This document shows positions 1-8,057 of a stretch of DNA of 27,204 nucleotides, in pieces. The position numbers and the translations under genes were made by a program. Below the pieces are notes generated by a model. It was not told where the DNA came from. It did not search any database and saw only the letters and a list, made by a program, of their open reading frames with translations. Numbering within the stretch: the stretch's first letter is position 1; each line of letters starts with the position of its first letter. This DNA is from an uncultured Candidatus Saccharibacteria bacterium. GTDB taxonomy: Bacteria; Patescibacteriota; Saccharimonadia; Saccharimonadales; Saccharimonadaceae. Where the stretch lies: the NCBI GenBank assembly GCA_946187605.1, contig CAMHRH010000001.1:1-27204 (forward strand), given 5' to 3'.

Positions 1-711
1 GAGCAATACCTCATGCGCATCCTGATCCTCGTGCTTAATATAGTGCGCATCGCAAGTCACTACGAGCGGCAAATCAAATTCTTTCGAGAATTCCATCAGC
101 TGATTATTAATCTTGTTCTGGACATCCCAATGTGTCGGCGAATCTGGATGACCATGGTCTTGCATCTCAAGATAAAAACGCCCTTCAAAAACCGATGAAT
201 ACCACTTAATCAACTCACGCGCACGATCAAGATCGTCATTACGAATTGCCGTCGAAATCTCCGAACCAGCACATCCCGAAAGGCAAATCACGCCTTCGTT
301 GTACTCTTCCATCACACGATGGTCGATGCGCGGCTTATAATACTTTCCCTCAGTCTCCGCTATTGTGAGCATTCGGCAAAGATTCTCGAAACCCTTGTTC
401 GTCTGTGCAAGTAAAGTAATGTGAAACCGCTCCTTATCGTAAGCCGGATCACGGTCCTCAAGCTTTCGCGCCGCCACATAGGCCTCTAACCCCAAAATCG
501 GCTTCACGCCAGCATCATTCGCCGTTTTATACAGCTCAATTAAACCCGACATTGTGCCATGATCTGTCACGGCTACCGCTTCCATGCCAGTATCTTTCAC
601 GAGTCCAACTAGCTCATCAACCTTCGTTAAACCATCAAGAAGTGAATAATGCGTGTGATTATGCAAATGCACAAAATCACTCGGCTTAAGCTGTATCTCC
701 TCCGTTGCCAT
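1..711 (-). CDS. dnaE: DNA polymerase III alpha subunit, N-terminal PHP domain (continues off left edge)
   Basis: Hand translation from ATG at 711: MATEEIQLKPSDFVHLHNHTHYSLLDG...AVAVTDHG...KPILGLEAY...YYKPRID...YLEMQDHG...CDAHY...DAHEVLL. These are DnaE PHP motifs. The frame stays open to position 1, so the ORF track did not report it. Confidence 0.97.
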   Translation of the reverse strand, partial: MATEEIQLKPSDFVHLHNHTHYSLLDGLTKVDELVGLVKDTGMEAVAVTDHGTMSGLIELYKTANDAGVKPILGLEAYVAARKLEDRDPAYDKERFHITLLAQTNKGFENLCRMLTIAETEGKYYKPRIDHRVMEEYNEGVICLSGCAGSEISTAIRNDDLDRARELIKWYSSVFEGRFYLEMQDHGHPDSPTHWDVQNKINNQLMEFSKEFDLPLVVTCDAHYIKHEDQDAHEVLL

Positions 712-719
712 ATGCTCCT

Positions 720-728
720 ATTTTAGCA
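720..728 (-). promoter_or_regulatory. Extended -10 promoter of dnaE (TG-C-TAAAAT, 8 nt before ATG)
   Basis: Minus strand reads cgTGCTAAAATaggagcatATG. Confidence 0.6.
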
Positions 729-759
729 CGAAAAAGACCACTCGCCACCCCTTCAAAAC

Positions 760-788
760 TTGACAAAGCATAAGAACTTTGATATAAT
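760..788 (+). promoter_or_regulatory. Perfect-consensus sigma70 promoter with no downstream sense gene (faces the 3' end of the pilus operon)
   Basis: TTGACA(760-765)-N17-TATAAT(783-788) with a TG extension. Confidence 0.7.
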
Positions 789-799
789 AGAAAGATAGC

Positions 800-1618
800 T
801 TATTTCTTGTAATACACGCCCGTCGGCGTAACCGTTGAGTGCGGCATTACGAAACTATTACCCTTTGGCAACTCGCCATCAATATACCAACCGTTAAAAT
901 CATACCCATCAATCTGCATCTTTGCCGCCAAACCAACACTAGCACCGGCCGCATAATACTCTTCACGCGGTAAATCTGCCGCGTCCTCCGGCACTTCATC
1001 AGTGTAGCTATATGCCACCTCATACAATGCGGCACTCGGCTCACCGATAAATACATGTTTATAATTCGCAATGGCACTCTTATTGCCAACGGCCAGATAT
1101 GAATAGTTATAGAAGTCCTGACGCACCGAATTAAGCGTACTCATTTCTGGTGTCCAAGTATAAAGCCGCACTATTGCACCACAATCAATACTTGGTAACT
1201 TCACTTGAAAACTCAAAATTTTTGTCTCTTCGTCGTATCCAAAGTCATCAACGATCTCCGCCTCACAACGATACTTATCGCTCTCAAGCACGCTCGCATC
1301 GACATATTCCAGCCCTTCTGGCACCCGGTCACGCACATCTACCACAACATCCTTTCGAATATTTCCGCTTATCTCAGCTATTTCTTCATAACCAATACTC
1401 AAATCAAACGCCAACGAAGCATTCTCTAGCACGCGCGCATCATCCTTTATTTGCTCAGCACCGCTATGGTACTTCCCGCGCATTACGTTACCAGCCGCAA
1501 AGAACGCCACAAACACAACCACGCCAAGCGCAGCAAAAAGCACTAGCTCGATTTTTCTCTTCAAACCCCCGTCACGATACATGCTCATAGCATCTTTTCT
1601 TACGCCGATAGTGCGCAA
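800..1618 (-). CDS. Membrane-anchored surface protein with an Ig/DUF11-like domain and a C-terminal InlB B-repeat-like (Listeria-Bacteroides repeat) segment; start uncertain (TTG 1618 or ATG 1588)
   Basis: N-terminal hydrophobic helix IELVLFAALGVVVFVAFFAAG; VRDRVPEGLEYVDAS motif; C-terminal YDFNGWY...FVMP..TVT..G.Y repeat-like motif; no LPXTG-type tail. Confidence 0.55.
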   Translation of the reverse strand: MRTIGVRKDAMSMYRDGGLKRKIELVLFAALGVVVFVAFFAAGNVMRGKYHSGAEQIKDDARVLENASLAFDLSIGYEEIAEISGNIRKDVVVDVRDRVPEGLEYVDASVLESDKYRCEAEIVDDFGYDEETKILSFQVKLPSIDCGAIVRLYTWTPEMSTLNSVRQDFYNYSYLAVGNKSAIANYKHVFIGEPSAALYEVAYSYTDEVPEDAADLPREEYYAAGASVGLAAKMQIDGYDFNGWYIDGELPKGNSFVMPHSTVTPTGVYYKK

Positions 1619-1679
1619 GCGCCTCCCTTGTATTTATACAATAAGCATAAATAAAATCAGCAAAATAATCAAGCAACGA

Positions 1680-2420
1680 CTACTTTGCTACTAGCCTCGT
1701 CAACAAAACATCTCTCTTATATCGCGCATCCTTATCGCAGGTCGAGAGAAGTAATAATCTATCCTCGCTATTAAACGCCGCAGTCCCCTCATACAGAAAA
1801 TTCTTTTTTAAACTCTCATAGGCCGCCTGCGCATCGCTCTTCAGCCAATCCAATTCATAAATATTCGTGTTTGCTACATTTAATACCGCAAAACCCAGCA
1901 CCTCTAGTTTGAATTCCCCCTCCTCGCTATATAATTCTCCGGTAAGGTGCGAATTAAAATAATCTCTATCACTATAATTAGTGACATCCGAAAACATCAG
2001 GCCATCCTTCATTCTATGCGCGTAGATTATCGTAAAATCATCCGCTAGTTTATTATTCCGATAATCCGCAAACACGCTTCCCGCCGTCGCAAACTCACCT
2101 GTATAATCGCGTACGAGGTATTTATTATTGTCCGGACCCTGCAGAATAGGGTGGTCTATATGCGTACCATCAATCTTCACCCAACCAATAATATCCGAAT
2201 TGACTCTTTTCAGCTCCTCCATCGAAAAACCATCATCCGAAACTGCCATCTTCACATCCTCGCCAATTTCTCCGCTACTACTGACATGTCCAGCATCATA
2301 AAACGCATATAGCCCAATGAACAAAAAAATTACAAACAACGACATCGCAATCAGATCCGCCAATTTCCCAACAAAATCACGCAAAGTATTTACCGCTTTT
2401 TCTAAGCCTCCAATACGCAC
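1680..2420 (-). CDS. srtB: Class B sortase
   Basis: N-terminal TM anchor; IIGWVKIDGTHIDHPILQ, GSVFADYRN, IIYAHRM (His), LSTC (Cys) and downstream Arg (YKRDV). Confidence 0.93.
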   Translation of the reverse strand: MRIGGLEKAVNTLRDFVGKLADLIAMSLFVIFLFIGLYAFYDAGHVSSSGEIGEDVKMAVSDDGFSMEELKRVNSDIIGWVKIDGTHIDHPILQGPDNNKYLVRDYTGEFATAGSVFADYRNNKLADDFTIIYAHRMKDGLMFSDVTNYSDRDYFNSHLTGELYSEEGEFKLEVLGFAVLNVANTNIYELDWLKSDAQAAYESLKKNFLYEGTAAFNSEDRLLLLSTCDKDARYKRDVLLTRLVAK

Positions 2421-2945
2421 CTAGATGTCCCTCACTTTCAAAGTCGTGACAATGCGCCCCCTAATGCTAGAGTTGTCGATTGCGCCAAAAATACGCGAAT
2501 CTTCTCCATAATCATAATTATCATTTAGCATAAAGAATGTTCCGCTCGGTACGCGCATAGGAAAAATTGATGCCCCATCATTACTCACGCTATCCACATC
2601 AACAATCGCACTCTTACTCTCTACTGCCCCATCAACCGTCAAATATCCATCACGATTGACATCGACTATCTGGTCCGGCAATGCTACTATCCTCGATATT
2701 TCCGTCTTACCATCATGCTCATAGAGCACAACATCATTTACGCTAAAATCACCCCCAACGCGCAGAAACATCATTAATTCACCGTCCTTAATGCTCGGAT
2801 CCATTGCAACACCAGACATCCGATTCAACCCGAATATCACACCAAAAAATAGCCAGAAAACGATTAGCAGGAACAGGATTCGCCAAACGAAGCTCAGCCA
2901 TGGCTTTAAACGAGGCGAAATCCGTATTCCCGCTATTTTTAACAT
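2421..2945 (-). CDS. sipA: Signal peptidase I-like protein lacking catalytic Ser/Lys (SipA/LepA-type pilin chaperone)
   Basis: SPase I boxes are present, but GxSM reads GVAM (A47) and KRI reads SRI (S84); DSR retained; lies between the pilin and srtB. Confidence 0.8.
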   Translation of the reverse strand: MLKIAGIRISPRLKPWLSFVWRILFLLIVFWLFFGVIFGLNRMSGVAMDPSIKDGELMMFLRVGGDFSVNDVVLYEHDGKTEISRIVALPDQIVDVNRDGYLTVDGAVESKSAIVDVDSVSNDGASIFPMRVPSGTFFMLNDNYDYGEDSRIFGAIDNSSIRGRIVTTLKVRDI

Positions 2946-2977
2946 CTTTGTTTTCCTGTTTGTTTTCAGTTCAGCTA

Positions 2978-4138
2978 CTAAGCTTTATTCTTTTTTGTCT
3001 TATTCACGACTACAATCGTACCTGTACCAGCTAATACTACTAGCAATACGAATGGCCAGAGATTCATTAAAATACCCGTATTAGGATCGGCATATTTATC
3101 ATTGCGAATCTCGGTTTTATTCTGCGTATTAAACGTCGAAGCGGTCTGCGCAACCGTAGTCTTTGAAGGCATAGTCAAATCAGGACGTGCAGTGCCATCA
3201 TAATAAGTCGTCTGATAACCTTGAGCATCCGTCAATTTGATCTGATAGCTTACGCCAATTGGAATTTGCGAAGTTGCACCACCGCCAATCGTAACCGTAT
3301 CGCCATGCTTCATGTAAATATAATTACTACTGCCGCCAACCGTTACGTCCGCAGGGTTGCCAGTACAAGTGCTCGTCGTGCTAACACTATATTTATCACC
3401 CGAAAGAACAACTGGGCTATTCGCTGGAATAATTATTTGATATTTGAAACAATCTGTCTTCTTTGCCATATTGCCCGTCACAATCTGGCTAGCCTGAATA
3501 TAAGTACGAGCTACTTGGCTCGTAAAAGCATGCGCGCCAGCCGCATCAGCTTTGCCGTCCGCCCCATCCGTCATTTGCGAAATTATGCCCTCATACGTAC
3601 CAGTCGGAACGCCATTGCTATCTAGCTGGTTGCGAACCGAAACATAAATCTTATATTCTTTCGTGTCGCGCGGATAGTTCGTCGCATCCGAAGAAGCCGT
3701 TTCTCTTACCGTAAAACTATAATCGCCAAGCTCCGAGAACGACAATCCAGAGAAGTCAATGTCCGCCGTCTTCGTCGAAACGCCACCGCTCACCGCATTG
3801 TCGTTCATTTCAATCGTAAATGGAGACGACAAAGAACCAGAAATTGTACCCGGATTACCAGAGTCCGCCGTGACCGTATACGTAAATGTATTCGTTACTG
3901 GATTTGGTACACCCGTTACCTTGCGCGTAATGCGAAACTTCCCCGGCTGACCACTAATATTACCTCCGGCCGTGCTTGTCGAGGTAGGCGAAGTCGGATA
4001 TACCGTCGTAACTGCACTAACATTTACAAATGAAGCAAACGCCAAAGCCGCCGACGAAAGACCGGCTACCGTTAAGACTTTCAACTTATTCACGTTTTTC
4101 CTTTCTACTTTATTTTTTAAGTTTTTATTGCTTATCAT
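2978..4138 (-). CDS. Backbone pilin, FctA/Spy0128-like two-domain CnaB fold, with a sortase sorting signal
   Basis: Signal peptide ending VSA; DFSGLSFSELGDYSFTVRE and MKHGDTVTI..IP.GVSY motifs of FctA-type domains; C-terminal DPNTG, TM helix and basic tail KTKKNKA. Confidence 0.85.
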   Translation of the reverse strand: MISNKNLKNKVERKNVNKLKVLTVAGLSSAALAFASFVNVSAVTTVYPTSPTSTSTAGGNISGQPGKFRITRKVTGVPNPVTNTFTYTVTADSGNPGTISGSLSSPFTIEMNDNAVSGGVSTKTADIDFSGLSFSELGDYSFTVRETASSDATNYPRDTKEYKIYVSVRNQLDSNGVPTGTYEGIISQMTDGADGKADAAGAHAFTSQVARTYIQASQIVTGNMAKKTDCFKYQIIIPANSPVVLSGDKYSVSTTSTCTGNPADVTVGGSSNYIYMKHGDTVTIGGGATSQIPIGVSYQIKLTDAQGYQTTYYDGTARPDLTMPSKTTVAQTASTFNTQNKTEIRNDKYADPNTGILMNLWPFVLLVVLAGTGTIVVVNKTKKNKA

Positions 4139-4146
4139 TACTTCCC

Positions 4147-4263
4147 CTATTCCTCATATTTCGTCCACAACACAATCACTGCTCCTCCTCCAGCACAATG
4201 CACCGTCAAAAACACTGACACTAAAAATATCGCGAAAAACAAAAACACGGGCGACGATTGCAT
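4147..4263 (-). CDS. Possible 38-aa hydrophobic small protein or gene remnant upstream of the pilin
   Basis: Hand translation MQSSPVFLFFAIFLVSVFLTVHCAGGGAVIVLWTKYEE*; stop lies 9 nt before the pilin ATG. Could be a by-product of T-rich sequence. Confidence 0.3.
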   Translation of the reverse strand: MQSSPVFLFFAIFLVSVFLTVHCAGGGAVIVLWTKYEE

Positions 4264-4367
4264 CGACCTTCTCTAAAACTCTACTTTCACCTCGTTTTTT
4301 AAATAAGTTCATCCAAAAACTTCATTCGCAGTTTTTGTTTTTGTTAGAGCTCTCACACTTAAGCACA

Positions 4368-4396
4368 AGTATAATAATTATTCAACAAAAAAGCAA
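4368..4396 (-). promoter_or_regulatory. Putative promoter of the pilus operon
   Basis: TTGCTT-N17-TATACT on the minus strand directly after the tlyA stop. Confidence 0.5.
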
Positions 4397-4397
4397 G

Positions 4398-4958
4398 CTA
4401 TTTCTGGAGCTTCAGCAAATAGAATCGCTCCACATTGCCAAATCGCCCCGCAACTTCATTATCGCGCTTGCCTAAAATCACATAGTTATGCATCTTTAGC
4501 CACATTTCGAAATCGGCAATAATCTCCCGGCGAATCTTATTATTCTTTACAATGCCGTTCTTTAGCTGCCACTTTTTTGCTTCAAATTGCGGCTTCAGCA
4601 TAACCAGCAACTCTGTATTGATGTTAATTTTCTTCCCTACACATTCAAGTATTTTCCTAAGACTCACAAAACTCACATCCGCAAGCACTAAATCAACCAC
4701 CGAACCATCCAGCTCAAATTCAAAAAAGTCCGTCTTTTCGTGCAACTCTACACGTTCGTCAAAACGTAGTGGCACCGCCATTTGATTTGTGCCCTTCTCT
4801 ACCGCTATCACTCTTTTCGCCCCCATTTTCAAAGCGAACTCCGTAAAGCCACCCGTCGAGGAACCAATATCCAACACTGTCTTGCCACGAAAATCCACTT
4901 TCAAGGCCTTAGCGGCGTCAGCTATCTTATATTCAGCTCGGCCAACCACATTATTCAT
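4398..4958 (-). CDS. tlyA: TlyA-family RNA methyltransferase, lacking the N-terminal S4 domain
   Basis: VGRAEYKI, VLDIGSSTGGFT, AVEKG..Q, DVSFVSL, LKPQFEA and G..GN.E motifs. Confidence 0.88.
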   Translation of the reverse strand: MNNVVGRAEYKIADAAKALKVDFRGKTVLDIGSSTGGFTEFALKMGAKRVIAVEKGTNQMAVPLRFDERVELHEKTDFFEFELDGSVVDLVLADVSFVSLRKILECVGKKININTELLVMLKPQFEAKKWQLKNGIVKNNKIRREIIADFEMWLKMHNYVILGKRDNEVAGRFGNVERFYLLKLQK

Positions 4959-4962
4959 GGCC

Positions 4963-5880
4963 CTATTTTACAACAGCCAAGAGCGGTACTCCAACTTTTT
5001 GGACCTCAATCTTCTTTACGCCATCTACCATCTTATATTCCCCCTCAGCCTGAATCATTATGCTCGTCGGCTCATCAAACATTAAACAGTCATAATCACT
5101 TTCCGAACCCGGTATCCGTTTAAATACTGCCCGAAGCATCATCGACACTAATTTAAAGAACTTTGTCATCCGCCCGTTCATGCTCAAAAAATCATTTTCT
5201 CTCTTAAACCAATCTGCCCCTTTCATAATTTTTGCCACCGAACGACCATTCACGGCCATATAATCCGAAACTTTCTTACACTCAATAGAGTCGCCTGATG
5301 AATCAGCCAACTGAAAACTTTCCGGCAAAAACTTTCGTCGATGATTCTTGAGCCACCAGCCAATCAAAGTAAACAAACTATAAAATATAGTCTTTTTACC
5401 TTTCCTTAATGACTTTCGCGTCTTTGGCTTATCAAAAACCGCACACGCTTCCGCAAACATACCCATCGTAAAGTAACACATGCCATAGCGCCAATGCCTA
5501 CCATTAATTCTACATTCAAGCGGATATACTTTCTCCACTCTACCGTTCAAGATATCTTTTAGCTTCAAATTGCCAAACGCACGCGCAACGTCATTAAAAT
5601 TCCCATAGCCAACCACGCCAAACTTAATATTTGCTTTTTTCGACAGTAATATTCCATTAATCGCGATCGTCGCCGTTCCATCACCACCGGCCGCAATCAC
5701 TAAATCTCCTGCCGACAAGACCTTAGCCAATCTCTGTGCGTTATCATCAACGTTTGTATCCGCAACTTCAAACTTCCCGACCGCAACGCCCTTCAAATCG
5801 CGTAGCTTATCAATCACGTCCGCTTTAACCTGCGCAAAATGCGAGCTCCTCGGATTATAGACGACTATCAAACGTTTCAT
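4963..5880 (-). CDS. Diacylglycerol/lipid kinase family protein
   Basis: VYNPRS, AAGGDGT, GxGNFND and EGE motifs of the DAGK catalytic domain. Confidence 0.8.
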   Translation of the reverse strand: MKRLIVVYNPRSSHFAQVKADVIDKLRDLKGVAVGKFEVADTNVDDNAQRLAKVLSAGDLVIAAGGDGTATIAINGILLSKKANIKFGVVGYGNFNDVARAFGNLKLKDILNGRVEKVYPLECRINGRHWRYGMCYFTMGMFAEACAVFDKPKTRKSLRKGKKTIFYSLFTLIGWWLKNHRRKFLPESFQLADSSGDSIECKKVSDYMAVNGRSVAKIMKGADWFKRENDFLSMNGRMTKFFKLVSMMLRAVFKRIPGSESDYDCLMFDEPTSIMIQAEGEYKMVDGVKKIEVQKVGVPLLAVVK

Positions 5881-6596
5881 ATTCTTTCGGCTAAAACATT
5901 ATTTAACTCTTCAATTGTCGCATAAAACATCATAATGTCATCTCTTGACATTCCCAACAACTCGTCTAATGAAATAGCCTCGAACTCTTTATTCAATCCA
6001 TCGCCAATGAGTTGCATTTTTCCATACTCCTCGATTAAGTCATCATCAGAACCATCACTATATTTTGCTTTAAAGTCGCTCAACTCCATCCGATACTCAA
6101 TCAATTCCTCCGCCAGTTTACTCAGTACTTCACTCTTCGACTCCTTCAATTTTGTGAGATTCTCATCCGTTACATTCAGCAGGAGCTTAGCGTCACTCCA
6201 AGTCCCAGCCAAACGCTCGATATATTCATATTTCTCCTTTGCTTGAAGATATTTTTCCTCTACTGCCCCATCTTTCAAAGCCGTTGAAGCTGCCAAAGAC
6301 TCCATATATGTTCGATTCTTCTCCAGCGATGCCTCAAAATCACTAATCACTCTCGCTTCGTCATCAGAAAACTCCAAATTCTTTGGTGCTGTATCAAAAA
6401 ATTTCTCAACCAGCTCTCGCGTATTCAAAATACCCGATGCATAATCTTTTGCCTCAGAATACGCCAATCGTTCATGCGTCAAAAGCAACGCCGCAAATAC
6501 CGAACCCAACGCGACAACAAAAATCACAATAATTATCGCGATTTTTTTACGAAGCGACATCGACTTTTTAATTTTACTTTCTTTCGTGCGCTTCAT
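5877..6596 (-). CDS. Hypothetical protein, N-terminal membrane anchor plus helical extracellular domain
   Basis: Basic N-terminus, TM helix IAIIIVIFVVALGSVFAALLL; 4-nt overlap with the next gene (operon). Confidence 0.75.
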   Translation of the reverse strand: MKRTKESKIKKSMSLRKKIAIIIVIFVVALGSVFAALLLTHERLAYSEAKDYASGILNTRELVEKFFDTAPKNLEFSDDEARVISDFEASLEKNRTYMESLAASTALKDGAVEEKYLQAKEKYEYIERLAGTWSDAKLLLNVTDENLTKLKESKSEVLSKLAEELIEYRMELSDFKAKYSDGSDDDLIEEYGKMQLIGDGLNKEFEAISLDELLGMSRDDIMMFYATIEELNNVLAERI

Positions 6597-7184
6597 CTAT
6601 AGACCGCTCACCCAAAGTTCACTCGGCAAAGGCCATGGATTCGGCGAACAACCTCTAAGCCCCGTCGACTGCTGTAGCATGATTGGCGCTAGCCCTGCCT
6701 CAGTCTCACAACTAACAATGTGCCCGTGCCCAAGATAATGACCAGTCTCATGATTGATTACCATCCTACGATAATCCGCCAAACTCACATTCAGGGCATT
6801 GTACGAGTCAGACGCATTCATCCACCGATCGTCGTTTATGAGCGCCAACTGGCCAACCTGGCAACTCAGCTTCGACGAACAAACCCACGGCGACGCCGCC
6901 TCAACTTCTGCTGGATTCGCCAATATAACATGCAATTGCGCACCACTTTCCACTTCCTCAAATTTCACCCCAGCACGCATCCAACCCCTATGGTCTGCAT
7001 AGGTTTCCGCTACGACTCGGCGAAACTCTTCTATATCACCTTTGACTTCGCCCCTTGTCGATATATCATATCGAATAACATATTGCACATTTTTAACATA
7101 ATGCGCATCCGCAAGTTGCTGCGCTTCTAGCTGCGCAGTCGCAACTTCTTTTGCCACCGCCAAACTTACGATGCCACTAAACAT
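6597..7184 (-). CDS. DUF3152-family zinc metallopeptidase-like protein
   Basis: D.RGW..AG..F, INDDRW, YRRMVINHETGHYLGHGH and APIMLQQSTGLRGCSPNPWP match my recollection of DUF3152; extended HExxHxxGxxH motif. Confidence 0.8.
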   Translation of the reverse strand: MFSGIVSLAVAKEVATAQLEAQQLADAHYVKNVQYVIRYDISTRGEVKGDIEEFRRVVAETYADHRGWMRAGVKFEEVESGAQLHVILANPAEVEAASPWVCSSKLSCQVGQLALINDDRWMNASDSYNALNVSLADYRRMVINHETGHYLGHGHIVSCETEAGLAPIMLQQSTGLRGCSPNPWPLPSELWVSGL

Positions 7185-7975
7185 TATTCTTCTGTTTTTC
7201 CTTCAGGCGCTTTCACCGATTCTTCTTCCGGCTCTTCGTCCGACACTTCAGTCGGGCAAACCACTATCCCCGTAATCGCCGCTTTTTCTTCGTCGCTAGA
7301 ATTCTTGCATGGATTCTTTTCGTCTAGGCTATCGTATTCCGCCATCTTCCACTGGCCATCCGACACTTTCGCATATGCTAGCACACGACGCGATACAGCG
7401 GCATTCACAATTTTTAGACTCACGACCCGATAAATGCCATTCGTCTTCACTAAATTCACCGCATCATCAGTCGCATCAAAGCTAGTTACTGAACCATATT
7501 TTTCCGTAATCAAGCTACGAATGCTTTTAATGTCTGTGCCCGTCAAAATCTCGTCCTTCGCAATCGTCGTCAAGGCATCGCTATGATTGTCTACCTTTAG
7601 TGCGCTATATAACTCAGAAAGTTGTTCATTTACGCTTTCTTTTTCCGTCTCTAGCCGAATTGCACTATTGTTATATGAATTTGCAATAATAATCGTCGTA
7701 ATTGTTGCGCCAACAAAACCAGCCGTAAGCACAATCATACAAATCGCCACGCGTTGCCAAATAAAATCTACAACCTTGCGACCACTTACAATCCCATTCG
7801 CATTCACCGCGTTTACGACATTCATCTGCACACTGCCATTCGTAGTAGATGACACATCCAATTGCTCTGGACGTGCATTTTGTACCGCATTAATAATATT
7901 TTTATTATCAAAATTCACCGCCGAATTAGGCGTCTGCGCTCCATATCCTTGCGGAAACTGATCTTGCGGATTCAT
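7184..7975 (-). CDS. Hypothetical single-pass membrane protein
   Basis: Q/N-rich N-terminus, TM at about aa 75-100, coiled coil, acidic tail; first gene of a coupled run of minus-strand ORFs. Confidence 0.75.
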   Translation of the reverse strand: MNPQDQFPQGYGAQTPNSAVNFDNKNIINAVQNARPEQLDVSSTTNGSVQMNVVNAVNANGIVSGRKVVDFIWQRVAICMIVLTAGFVGATITTIIIANSYNNSAIRLETEKESVNEQLSELYSALKVDNHSDALTTIAKDEILTGTDIKSIRSLITEKYGSVTSFDATDDAVNLVKTNGIYRVVSLKIVNAAVSRRVLAYAKVSDGQWKMAEYDSLDEKNPCKNSSDEEKAAITGIVVCPTEVSDEEPEEESVKAPEGKTEE

Positions 7976-8017
7976 TCTACCTCACCCAAAATGCTTATAC
8001 TATCACTATTTTAACAC

Positions 8018-8044
8018 AAAAATACCCCGCCTCACGGCGGGATA
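8018..8044 (-). terminator. Intrinsic terminator of the 195-aa gene
   Basis: CCCGCC/GGCGGG stem (8026-8041), loop GUGA on the minus strand, followed by a U-run. Confidence 0.7.
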
Positions 8045-8057
8045 TAGTTTTCTGAAG

